Shown here piece after piece: positions 1 through 8,037 of a stretch of 35,196 bases of DNA. The first letter of the stretch is position 1. Each line of letters starts with the position of its first letter. Both the position numbers and the translations under genes were made by a program. This DNA comes from a virus (taxonomy: Duplodnaviria > Caudoviricetes), in the IMG/VR virus record IMGVR_UViG_3300025875_000071, positions 1 to 35,196 of that record; one strand, given 5' to 3'. The notes beneath the pieces are model-generated. The model had not been told where the DNA came from. It saw only the letters and a program-made list of their open reading frames with translations, and made no database searches.

Positions 1-127
1 GAAGGAGTGCCAATCGTGGCGCGTACCAATCTCGACGTCTGGATTCCCGAAGAGAAGGGTTCCGACGTCCTGCTCGCCGTCCAGAACACGAGCGCGGCGG
101 AGGCGCTGTGCCGTCGCGAGCCGATGG
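1..127. repeat. Exact terminal direct repeat with 35070-35196 (circular assembly overlap)
   Basis: gaaggagtgccaatc...gagccgatgg is identical at both ends. The 127-nt length matches a common assembler k-mer, and the repeat falls across the capsid RBS and gene start. Confidence 0.95.
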
Positions 128-933
128 GCAGCGACACGAAGTCGATCCCGCGTGACGGCGGCGTCGACGTGGCGGTGACCCCGAAGGGCACCGCGTACAC
201 GGAGAACGACAACACGGACGACGAGGTCACGCTGCGCGCCCGGAAGTTCACCGGTCTGCTGCGCATCGCCGACGAGGACATCGAGGACATCCCGCGCGAC
301 ATCGTCGCGCAGAAGCAGCTCGCGTGGGCGTCCACCTACGCGCGCCGTCTCGACTTCTCCGTGTTCTCGAACACCGCCGCCGAAGACGGTCTCGCCGTCC
401 CGTTCACGAGCATGTACCGCGCGCTCGCCGACGACGACGCGACGGTCGGCTACACCGGCGGCGACAACCTGATGCAGACCGCCGGTGACCTGTCGTACGA
501 CGACCTGTCCGACGTGCTCGGCATCGTCGAGAACGACGACTACTTCGACCAGCTCGCCGTCGCCGCGCACCCGTCCTTCAAGGGCCGGTTCCGTGGGCTG
601 AAGGACAACGACGGTCGGCCCATCCTGATGGAAGGGAACGGCACCACGCCCGACACGCTGTTCGGCTACGACGTGCGGTGGTCCGCCGGTCTGAAGACGG
701 GCACCGACGTGCGGGTCGGCCCGGCGGGCGCGGGCAACCCGCTGCTCGCCGTGTTCAACCGTGGCTTCGCGATCCTGGGCATCCGGTCCGGGCCGGAGTT
801 CGCCGTCGTGAACGGCTTCACCGGCGCGTCGGCGCTCACCGACGAGGCGCTGATCAAGGCGCGTTCGCGGCGCGGGTTCGTGCTCGCGCACCCGAAGGCC
901 GCCGCGATGATCGAGATCACCGCCGCCGCCTGA
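16..933 (+). CDS. Major capsid protein (HK97 fold)
   Basis: GAAGGAG RBS at 1-7 and GTG at 16. About 305 aa with typical capsid motifs (IPEE, VTLRARKFTGLLRIADE, GLKDNDGRPI, TLFGYDV, ARSRRGFVLAHPKAAA). Follows the scaffold gene on the circle. Confidence 0.93.
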   Translation: MARTNLDVWIPEEKGSDVLLAVQNTSAAEALCRREPMGSDTKSIPRDGGVDVAVTPKGTAYTENDNTDDEVTLRARKFTGLLRIADEDIEDIPRDIVAQKQLAWASTYARRLDFSVFSNTAAEDGLAVPFTSMYRALADDDATVGYTGGDNLMQTAGDLSYDDLSDVLGIVENDDYFDQLAVAAHPSFKGRFRGLKDNDGRPILMEGNGTTPDTLFGYDVRWSAGLKTGTDVRVGPAGAGNPLLAVFNRGFAILGIRSGPEFAVVNGFTGASALTDEALIKARSRRGFVLAHPKAAAMIEITAAA

Positions 934-939
934 TCCGAC

Positions 940-969
940 GCGGGGCGGTAGCTTCGGCTGCCGCCCCGC
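940..969 (+). terminator. GC-rich stem-loop after the capsid gene (putative terminator or mRNA stabiliser)
   Basis: gcggggcggtagc-TTCG-gctgccgccccgc: 13-bp stem with a cUUCGg tetraloop, 6 nt after the stop. No strong U-tract. Confidence 0.7.
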
Positions 970-1003
970 CTCGCCCGTTCCACACTTCGAGAGGATCAGG
1001 ACA

Positions 1004-1498
1004 GTGAGCGAACCGAACGACGGCGACAGCGCCGTGAAGGAGACGAGCGAGGTCGAGCTGCGCACCGTGCCGAACGTGCGCGAGCACGCGAGCGCGGCGG
1101 AGTTCGTGAAGGACTACCTCGCCTTCGTCGACGACGCCGACGAGGACGTGCCGCAGGAGCTGATCGAGCGGCAGTACACCGACATCAGGCAGACCGCGAT
1201 GCAGCGCGGGATGCGCCCGACCGGCGACCCGTCGCTCGTCGAGCAGGTGAAGGTCGACAAGCGGAACGTGCGTCTCGTCTACTCGCTGCCGGTCGTCGTC
1301 GCCACGCCGCGCCCGGAGCAGCCGGAGACGGTCGAGAAGGCAGCGGTCGCGGGCGAGCAGTCGGCGACCGGCGAGCCGGTGAAGAAGACGGGCGACGCGG
1401 CGCGCACCGCCGACGGGAAGGACGTCGACACGTCCGCCCCGAAGACGCCCGCGACCGGTTCCCCGATGCCGAAGAACGCGAAGAAGGGTGACGTCTGA
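1004..1498 (+). CDS. Hypothetical protein, probably head-associated
   Basis: GAGAGGA RBS, phage-like codon usage, stop overlaps the next ATG (TGATG). Low-complexity C-terminus. Confidence 0.75.
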   Translation: MSEPNDGDSAVKETSEVELRTVPNVREHASAAEFVKDYLAFVDDADEDVPQELIERQYTDIRQTAMQRGMRPTGDPSLVEQVKVDKRNVRLVYSLPVVVATPRPEQPETVEKAAVAGEQSATGEPVKKTGDAARTADGKDVDTSAPKTPATGSPMPKNAKKGDV

Positions 1499-2040
1499 TG
1501 CCGATCGCAGCTTCGGACATCGTCTTCCGTCTCTCGACGACCGCCGGTGCCGCCGGTGACACGACCGCGCAGGCGGACCCGAACGCCTCGCTCGGCAAGT
1601 ACGTGTCGACGACGGCGTGGGCGGCGGGCACGAACACGCTGTTCGACAACATCACCGGCGACGAGAACGCCGCGTCGACGGTCGACTACCGGTGCTTCTT
1701 CGTGCTGAACAACCACGGGTCGCTGACGCTCGAAGCCGCCGTCGTGTACGTCTCGGCGGAGGTCGCGGGCGGTGCCGACATCGCGATCGCGGTCGACAAC
1801 ATCGGCCCGGTCGCGAAGGGGCAGGCGGCTGCGCAGGCCGCGCAGATCGCGTCGCAGACCGCCGCACCGGCGAGCGTCGGCGCGTTCGGTACGCCGACGA
1901 CGAAGGCTGCCGGGCTGGCGCTCGGCAACATCGGTCCCGGTCAGGTCCGCGCCGTGTGGGTCCGCCGCACGGCGAAGAACAGCGCCCCGATCAACGCCGA
2001 CGGCTTCACGGTCTCGGTCGCGGGCGACACCGCCGCCTGA
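1498..2040 (+). CDS. Putative virion structural protein (Ala/Thr/Gly-rich, beta-rich)
   Basis: Translationally coupled start, strong GC3 bias, position in the head/neck operon. Motifs NTLFDNITGDEN, DYRCFFVLNNH, VWVRRT. Confidence 0.75.
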   Translation: MPIAASDIVFRLSTTAGAAGDTTAQADPNASLGKYVSTTAWAAGTNTLFDNITGDENAASTVDYRCFFVLNNHGSLTLEAAVVYVSAEVAGGADIAIAVDNIGPVAKGQAAAQAAQIASQTAAPASVGAFGTPTTKAAGLALGNIGPGQVRAVWVRRTAKNSAPINADGFTVSVAGDTAA

Positions 2041-2053
2041 TCCGTCCGACCCT

Positions 2054-2090
2054 GAACGGGGCGCTGCCCTTCGTGGGTAGCGCCCCGTTC
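2054..2090 (+). terminator. Stem-loop, putative intrinsic terminator
   Basis: gaacggggcgctgccc-ttcgt-gggtagcgccccgttc: 16-bp stem just after the stop at 2040. Confidence 0.75.
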
Positions 2091-2110
2091 TGCATGAGAG
2101 GCTAGGCAGC

Positions 2111-4333
2111 GTGTCGAGCGAACCGGTTTGGAAGGGCACGTACAACAGCGGCGCAGGGTACGGGCAGTCGCGGTTCATCGACGTGCCGACCGATCCGGGC
2201 GACCGGCTCGTTGTGCTCGACGCAACCGGCGCGACGTCGAAGAATGTCTACACGCCGCAGGCGGACGGGCTGTCGTGGTCGTACATCACCGGCGTGTATC
2301 AGGTCGCGTCGCACTGTCAGACTGACATCACGATCTCGTCGCCGTCGCCCGGCGGGACGATCCGCGTCACGGTGCCGACGAACAACGCATCGACGACGGT
2401 CCCGTGGGCGTTCTCGATCTTCCGCTTCGGCGGCGTGTCCGGGTGGGGCGCTGTCGACTCGCGCGTCGACGTGAACGGCATCAACGTGTTGGACATTCAG
2501 CCGCCGAGCGATCCGCCGCGCGCCGCTGTGTGCTTCATCAAGGCCGGATGGAACGGCGTCGACTGGCCCGGTCGATCGGCTGATCAGTCCGCCGGTCCGT
2601 CGTACGAGCAGATGTACACGCGCATCGGCGGGCGGCTGACGGTCTCGACGGGCGTCATCTACCCGTCGACCGTGCGCGGTGCGCGCAACGTCGGGCAGTA
2701 CACGAACGCGGCAGGCGAAGTCGACTCGCAGTCGGCGTTCGTCCTCTTCGGCACGATGACGCCGATCGAGCGGTCGCAGGGCGGCACGACGTACGGCGTC
2801 CGTCAGGTCGGCGGCGTCACCGCTTCGCGCTCGACGACGTACGAAGTCTTCCCGACGACGACGCCGGTCGAGAACAGCCGGGCGACGACGTTCCCTGTCC
2901 GTGCGCTCGTCGACGCCTCGCGCGCCACGACGCACGCCGTCCGCGCCCGCATCATCGACAGCAGCGACGCGACCACGTGGGGCGTCAGGAGCGCGCTCGC
3001 CCCGATCGGGCGCTCGTCTACCTGGGGCGTCTCGCAGGTCGTCAGCGGGCAGCACGGGGCGACCGCGTGGGGCGTCCGCGACGGCGTGTCCGGCGACCGG
3101 TCGACCGCGTGGGCGCTCGCCGTCTCGCTCGTGACGCAGCTCACGTCGACGTGGCCCGTTCGCAGCGGCACCGGGGACGCGCACAGCGAGGCGTACGGCG
3201 TCCGCGTCCCGGTCGGCGAGGCGAGCGTCGCGGCAAGTTACGACGTGAAGTTCGGCATCGAGTCGGCTGTCAGCGACACGTACCGCGTCAGCTTCTACCC
3301 GTCGAACCGCGTCGACGAAGAGTACGCCGTCCGGTCGATCGTGACCGGCGCGCGCTCGACGACCTCGCCCGTCCGTGCCCGCGTCAGCACGAGCCGCGCC
3401 ACGACGTACGGGGTCCGCCGCCGGATCGCGGACGCGCCCGACAGCGAGCTGTACGCGGTGCGCGCGCTCGTCGACGCGAGCACGGGCGACGAGCAGTACG
3501 CCCGCGCGATCGTCGAGTCGAGCGTCGCGACCGACTCGCCCGCCCGCTCGATCGTCACCGCCTCGCACAGCGACGAGTACGGGAACCGCGTCGCGGTCGC
3601 CATGCACAGCGATGCGAGCGACGTCTTCGACGTGGCAGCGCCGGTCAGTTCTTCCGCGTCGGCGGTCTCGCCGGTTCGCTCGATCGTCTCGACAGCGGTC
3701 GCGACTTCTTGGTACGTACGTCAGCGCAGTGTGAACACACGTGCGACATCGTACCCCGTCCGGCGCATCGTCAGCGACAGCGAGTCGACGGCGTTCCGCG
3801 TGGCGCAGGCAGTGGAGATCAGCGCCGAAGAGCTGTACCGCGCTGCGCTCGCGATCGAGCAGGCGCGCGTCACCGACTACGGCGTGCGTCGCCGTATCAT
3901 CGACGCGCCCGACTTCACGACGTGGGACGTCAAGTACGCGATCGGGGACGAGCACAGCGAGCGGTACGGCGTCCGCATCGACACGCACGACAGCGTCGCC
4001 GAGCGGTACGGCGTCCGCGTGCTGACCGGCGAAGCGCGCACCGACGGATGGTACGTGCGCCGCCGGATCATCGACTCGCCGAACCTGACGACGTGGGTCG
4101 CGAAGTCGATCGTGCGCGACTCGCTCGTCGAGCGGTACGGCGTCCGCGTGTTCGCGCCGACCGTCGAGACGTCGGACCGGTGGAACCTGACGCGGCGTCA
4201 GCGCGTTGTGACGGCGACGGCAGACATCGCGCGCCGGACGGTGCGCGTCGCGGTCTCGATGACGCGCGGTGCAGCGACGGCGACGCTCGGTCGTCGATCC
4301 GTACGCGCCGTGATCAACGGTGACGGACAGTGA
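2111..4333 (+). CDS. Large repeat-containing putative fibre/whisker protein (N-terminal globular domain plus about 30 degenerate ~15-aa repeats)
   Basis: GAGAGG RBS, 740 aa. Periodic S/T-x-x-x-x-[YWF]-x-V-R-x-x-[VI] units from about aa 220 to 700. Confidence 0.75.
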   Translation: MSSEPVWKGTYNSGAGYGQSRFIDVPTDPGDRLVVLDATGATSKNVYTPQADGLSWSYITGVYQVASHCQTDITISSPSPGGTIRVTVPTNNASTTVPWAFSIFRFGGVSGWGAVDSRVDVNGINVLDIQPPSDPPRAAVCFIKAGWNGVDWPGRSADQSAGPSYEQMYTRIGGRLTVSTGVIYPSTVRGARNVGQYTNAAGEVDSQSAFVLFGTMTPIERSQGGTTYGVRQVGGVTASRSTTYEVFPTTTPVENSRATTFPVRALVDASRATTHAVRARIIDSSDATTWGVRSALAPIGRSSTWGVSQVVSGQHGATAWGVRDGVSGDRSTAWALAVSLVTQLTSTWPVRSGTGDAHSEAYGVRVPVGEASVAASYDVKFGIESAVSDTYRVSFYPSNRVDEEYAVRSIVTGARSTTSPVRARVSTSRATTYGVRRRIADAPDSELYAVRALVDASTGDEQYARAIVESSVATDSPARSIVTASHSDEYGNRVAVAMHSDASDVFDVAAPVSSSASAVSPVRSIVSTAVATSWYVRQRSVNTRATSYPVRRIVSDSESTAFRVAQAVEISAEELYRAALAIEQARVTDYGVRRRIIDAPDFTTWDVKYAIGDEHSERYGVRIDTHDSVAERYGVRVLTGEARTDGWYVRRRIIDSPNLTTWVAKSIVRDSLVERYGVRVFAPTVETSDRWNLTRRQRVVTATADIARRTVRVAVSMTRGAATATLGRRSVRAVINGDGQ

Positions 4334-4486
4334 CCCGCTGTATGGCGCTGTGCCGGTTCCGGGGTACCTGGGGTATGGGCGAGGTCGAGTTCGTCCGTCC
4401 TGGGGCAGATGGTGGCGAAAGCGCAGGTCAGACGCCTGTCGGCCCGTGCGGTACCCTGTAGATCAGCGACGAGAGGACACACGACG

Positions 4487-5221
4487 ATGCTCGGTCCGTA
4501 TTGGGTCGGCGACACGCCCGCTGAAGGCGTCGACGTCACGATCACGCGCGACGGCGAGGCTGTCGACCTCTCGCTGTACGACAGCGCGCTGATCGAACTC
4601 AACGACCCGGAAGGCGCGCCGGTCGACACGAGCGGGTCGACGGTCACCACGTCGCACGAGGTCGTGTCGTTCGAGTGGCCCGCCGACCGCTCGCTGTTCA
4701 CGCTCGCCGGGCGGTACTCGCTTCAGGTCGTGTTGATCAGCGAGGGCAAGCGCGAGCGCGCGGCGCTGCTGACGTTCGACGTCCGCTCGCCGTCGCTGTC
4801 GATCGGTACGAAGTGGGCGACCCCGCAGGACGTGTTGACGCTGACGGGGAAGGTCGTCGACACCGACGACATCGAGCGCGCGGCGGCGACCATCGACGCC
4901 GTGACCGGCGCTGCCGATCTCGACCCGAAGAAGCTCAACCGCCGGAACGCCCGGATGCTGAAGCTCGCGACGGCGTATCAGGCCGCGTGGCTGCGCGACC
5001 AGTTCGACACGTTCGAGCGGTACGACGTCACGGCGGTGTCGCAGGAAGGCAGCAACGCGAGCGCCCGCGACGAGCTGACGTTCGTCCTCGCCCCGCTCGC
5101 GAAGCTGGCGCTGCGCCGCGCGACGTGGGGCAAGAACCGGACGGTCAGCGTCGGCGGCAAGCCGGGCATGTACGTCGACCCGGTCGTGTCCGACGCGCAC
5201 CCGTGGGGACGGCGCATCTAA
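4487..5221 (+). CDS. Head-to-tail adaptor with an N-terminal BppU-like beta domain
   Basis: GAGAGGA RBS at 4471 and ATG at 4487. The C-half (WATPQDV...AAATID...LKLATAYQAAW...LAPLAKLAL) resembles actinophage adaptors. The N-half (VGDT...DGEAVDLS...FEWP...AGRYSLQV) resembles BppU N-terminal domains. Confidence 0.75.
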   Translation: MLGPYWVGDTPAEGVDVTITRDGEAVDLSLYDSALIELNDPEGAPVDTSGSTVTTSHEVVSFEWPADRSLFTLAGRYSLQVVLISEGKRERAALLTFDVRSPSLSIGTKWATPQDVLTLTGKVVDTDDIERAAATIDAVTGAADLDPKKLNRRNARMLKLATAYQAAWLRDQFDTFERYDVTAVSQEGSNASARDELTFVLAPLAKLALRRATWGKNRTVSVGGKPGMYVDPVVSDAHPWGRRI

Positions 5222-5547
5222 TGTTCATCGCCGACGGGACGTACCGCTTCGAGCGCGGCACACGCGAGAACAGCTTCGGCGACGAGGTCGACACGCCGCG
5301 CCGCGTGGTCGAGCGCGTGCCCGGCGCGCTGTCCGAGCGCAACCGGCTGCGCAGCGACGGCGGCGTGATGAACGTCGTCAGCGTGCTGACCGGACGGTTC
5401 CGCCCCGGCACGGACGTGCAGCCCGGCGACGTGGTCGTGAACGAGCAGACCGGCGACCGGTACACGGTCGACGACGTGCCGATGCAGCCGGGCGCAAGCG
5501 TCATGCACGGTGACCGCATCGCCGAGCTGAAGAGGGTCGCGAAGTGA
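5221..5547 (+). CDS. Head-to-tail stopper (head closure protein)
   Basis: TAATG coupling, 108 aa, motifs RGTRENSFGDEVD and DVQPGDVVVNEQTGDRYTVDDV, synteny. Confidence 0.75.
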   Translation: MFIADGTYRFERGTRENSFGDEVDTPRRVVERVPGALSERNRLRSDGGVMNVVSVLTGRFRPGTDVQPGDVVVNEQTGDRYTVDDVPMQPGASVMHGDRIAELKRVAK

Positions 5548-6005
5548 CGCAGCCGCACCGCCCGACGTCCGAACTCGTCTTCGTCGCATGGCTGAAGGGC
5601 GTTCCCGGTCTGCCGACGGAGCAGATCGGCACGACGCTGCCGACCGACGCGAGCCGGTGGCCCGACGGGTTCCTTCAGGTCGCCGTCGTCGGCGGCTCGA
5701 ACCGCCCCGACCTGCCGGTGCGTCGGCCCGTCATGCGCGTGTCGTGTTGGGTCGCGGGCGGGAAGAAGCCGCGCTTCGGGGAAGCGAACGTGCTCGCCGA
5801 CGCGGTGGTCGCGGGGACGCACGGGGAGGACGGGCACGGGCAGACCGGACGCCGCGTCCACATCGCGACGGGGTCGTACGCGCCCGCGCAGGTGATGTCG
5901 GTATTCCCCGTCGGCATCCCGATGCGCGTCACGGACGACCCGTCCGGGTACGCCCGGTACGACGTCGACATCGAACTGCACTGGACGACGGTCGTCGGCG
6001 TTTGA
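5544..6005 (+). CDS. Tail terminator
   Basis: GTGA overlap, 153 aa, motifs FLQVAVVGG, PVMRVSCW, ARYDVDIEL typical of actinophage tail terminators. Confidence 0.75.
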   Translation: MTQPHRPTSELVFVAWLKGVPGLPTEQIGTTLPTDASRWPDGFLQVAVVGGSNRPDLPVRRPVMRVSCWVAGGKKPRFGEANVLADAVVAGTHGEDGHGQTGRRVHIATGSYAPAQVMSVFPVGIPMRVTDDPSGYARYDVDIELHWTTVVGV

Positions 6006-6040
6006 CCGACGACCGTCGTCCGGTCGTGCGTGAGATCAGT

Positions 6041-6565
6041 TCACAGGCGACCGGCGCAGATCGGGCCGATGCCCGCTGCGATCGACTCTTCGTTCGTCAG
6101 CGTCCGCCCGCACTGACCGCAGACGCCGAGCGCGTGCCCGTACCGGATCGTCGCCGCCTTCGGGTCGACCGCGATCGCGCGCAGGATTGGGTTCGCGGCG
6201 GCACCGCGCACCGGGTGAAAGTCGTCGGACGCCTGCACGCTCACGAAGGTGCGCCCCGCCCATCGGCCTTCGGTCGGCTTGTCCACGCGGTAGAACTTCA
6301 CGGTGCCGTCGATCTCGATCGCGTAGCGCCCGGCGGGGACGTCGGCGGTCGGCGTCTGGACGGTGGTCGTCGTGACGTTCTTCGCGGGCTGACGCTTCAG
6401 CCACTCGATGCCGTCGGACGCGACGCGCTTCGACAGCTCGCCGTTCTCGATCATCCGGCGGAGGCGGGCGGCGTGGTCGTCCCCGATCTCGCGCTCGGCG
6501 AGAAGCGAGTTGATGAACGAGAGCTGACGGTCGGTCGCGGCGATGAACTGCTCGGTCTGTGTCAT
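6041..6565 (-). CDS. DUF6011-like Zn-finger domain protein (moron on the opposite strand)
   Basis: C-terminal CGQCGRTLTNEESIAAGIGPIC motif. ATG at 6565 lies 6 nt downstream of a TATGGT -10 box, suggesting a leaderless start. Confidence 0.8.
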   Translation of the reverse strand: MTQTEQFIAATDRQLSFINSLLAEREIGDDHAARLRRMIENGELSKRVASDGIEWLKRQPAKNVTTTTVQTPTADVPAGRYAIEIDGTVKFYRVDKPTEGRWAGRTFVSVQASDDFHPVRGAAANPILRAIAVDPKAATIRYGHALGVCGQCGRTLTNEESIAAGIGPICAGRL

Positions 6566-6580
6566 GTGACCACCATACAC
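6566..6580 (-). promoter_or_regulatory. 15-bp promoter/operator box GTGTATGGTGGTCAC directly abutting ATG
   Basis: Identical to 19080-19094; TG-extended TAnnnT hexamer. Confidence 0.8.
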
Positions 6581-6612
6581 ACACCGTCGGCGGGCGGGCA
6601 ACGGCGACACGG

Positions 6613-6734
6613 TGGAACTTTGTCCGTTTCGACCCACCCTGCCCCATCCCCGAACGAACATCTCTTACAAGATCAACACTGAAAGAGGATCGTTCCCGAC
6701 GGGCGTAGGGTGGTCCGAAACGGACAAAGTTCCA
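6613..6734. repeat. 122-bp inverted-arm element, copy 1 (ori-like)
   Basis: Perfect 18-bp arms tggaactttgtccgtttc (6613-6630) and gaaacggacaaagttcca (6717-6734), 86-bp spacer with an AT-richer core. Homologous to 25624-25745. Confidence 0.92.
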
Positions 6735-6840
6735 CGGACCCACGGCGGTACGCCGCCCCGCTCCGCCATGCTGTACAGTGATCAACGACGGGTAGACCGT
6801 CCGCAGTCCGCAGTTCCCGCGCCGTAGAAGCGAGGTCAGC

Positions 6841-7116
6841 ATGGCAGGTGGTTTCCGGCGTGACCGTTCCGCCGTCGCGAAGATCACCGCGCTGACCGAA
6901 GACGCACTCGACGAGATCGCAGCCGACGTCGAGACCTACGCGAAGCGCCTCGCCCCGATCGACACGGGCGAGATGCGGTCGAAGATCAGAACGGACAGCT
7001 ACCCCGGCAGGCGCGAGATCGGCGCAGCCGTCGACTACAGCGAGTTCGTCGAGCGCGGTACGTCCCGGCAGGCCGCGCAACCGTTCCTAGCTCCGGCGCT
7101 GTACCGGCACCGGTGA
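6841..7116 (+). CDS. HK97 gp10-like tail completion/neck protein
   Basis: GAGG RBS; motifs AKRLAPIDTGEMRSKI and YSEFVERGTSRQAAQPFLAPAL. Confidence 0.88.
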   Translation: MAGGFRRDRSAVAKITALTEDALDEIAADVETYAKRLAPIDTGEMRSKIRTDSYPGRREIGAAVDYSEFVERGTSRQAAQPFLAPALYRHR

Positions 7117-7139
7117 ACAACACGACGAAGGGAACTGCC

Positions 7140-7400
7140 GTGCCGAAGGTCCGCACCACCATGAACCCGCTCGACGAGATCGACGTGTCGCCGAGCGAGT
7201 ACGCCGACCTGCGCGCGTCCGGGCTGCTGCTCGACACGCGCGCCACGACCGACGACGGTCTGCTGAAGGCCGCGTCCGACGCGAGCGCCGAGCGCCCGCA
7301 CCCGGCGAAGCCGGACGGCGCGGGCGTCGACTACGTCCCGCAGGTCGCCGACCCGGCGACCCGTGACGAGATCACCGACAACGAGAACACGGAGGGCTGA
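7140..7400 (+). CDS. Hypothetical protein preceding major tail
   Basis: GAAGGG RBS and GTG at 7140, coding-like codon usage. Its last codons carry the GGAGG RBS for the major tail gene. Confidence 0.7.
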   Translation: MPKVRTTMNPLDEIDVSPSEYADLRASGLLLDTRATTDDGLLKAASDASAERPHPAKPDGAGVDYVPQVADPATRDEITDNENTEG

Positions 7401-7403
7401 CCT

Positions 7404-7961
7404 GTGGCGGTCACCACCATCAACCTGTTGCAGGGTCCGGCGCTCGCGCGGATCGCGCCCTTCGGCTCGGTCGAGCCGGTGAAGGGTCCGACCGCCGCGA
7501 CGGTCGCGCCCGACCCCGTCTGGACCGACATCGGCGGCACGACCGACGGCGTGACGGTCAACATCTCGCAGGAGTACAGCGAGATGGAGGTCGATCAGCT
7601 CGTCGACACGCCGGAGTCGCGTCTCGTGAAGCGTGGCTTCACGATCGAGACGAACATGGCGGAAGCGACGCTCGCGAACCTGAAGCTGTCGCTGAACGGC
7701 GGGACGCTCGTCGACGGCGAGTTCGAGCCTGCCGACGTCGACAGCGCGTCGCGCCCGGCGTACATGGCGCTGATGCTCGACGGTCCCGGCGAGGGCGGGC
7801 TGCCGCGCCGGTTCATCGGGCGCAAGCTGCTGTCCGTCGAAGGGACGGAGTTCGCGTACGAGAAGGAAGATCAGCAGGTGTTCACGGTGACGCTGCGCGG
7901 GCACTACGTCTCGAAGACGATCCGCCCGTTCCGCATCATCAACGCGATGCCCGCCGCCTGA
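7404..7961 (+). CDS. Major tail protein
   Basis: GGAGG RBS, 185 aa, motifs WTDIGGTTDGVTV, EMEVDQ, ETNMAEATLANL. Lies upstream of the chaperones and tape measure. Confidence 0.88.
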   Translation: MAVTTINLLQGPALARIAPFGSVEPVKGPTAATVAPDPVWTDIGGTTDGVTVNISQEYSEMEVDQLVDTPESRLVKRGFTIETNMAEATLANLKLSLNGGTLVDGEFEPADVDSASRPAYMALMLDGPGEGGLPRRFIGRKLLSVEGTEFAYEKEDQQVFTVTLRGHYVSKTIRPFRIINAMPAA

Positions 7962-7969
7962 TCCTCCCC

Positions 7970-8000
7970 GCTCCGGCTGCGCGCGATGTGCAGCCGGAGC
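7970..8000 (+). terminator. Stem-loop after major tail gene
   Basis: gctccggctgcgc...gtgcagccggagc inverted repeat 8 nt after the stop. Confidence 0.65.
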
Positions 8001-8037
8001 ACCCACAACCCACAACCCGCGAAGGGAACACAGCACA

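Noticed and set aside
2770-4200. CRISPR array or diversity-generating retroelement repeats
   Set aside because: The repeats are at protein level with diverged DNA. There is no constant repeat-spacer pattern, no adenine-specific TR/VR pair and no reverse transcriptase.
6613-6734. MITE or IS remnant
   Set aside because: No transposase is present. A CGG flanking duplication appears only at copy 1, and copy 2 is in frame within a replication gene. Not fully excluded, but a protein-binding site fits better.
6786-6840. tRNA or structured ncRNA in intergenic gaps (also 19100-19200 and 21310-21358)
   Set aside because: Only short hairpins are visible, with no cloverleaf, T-loop consensus or recognisable riboswitch. 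An Infernal/Rfam scan would be needed to exclude this fully.
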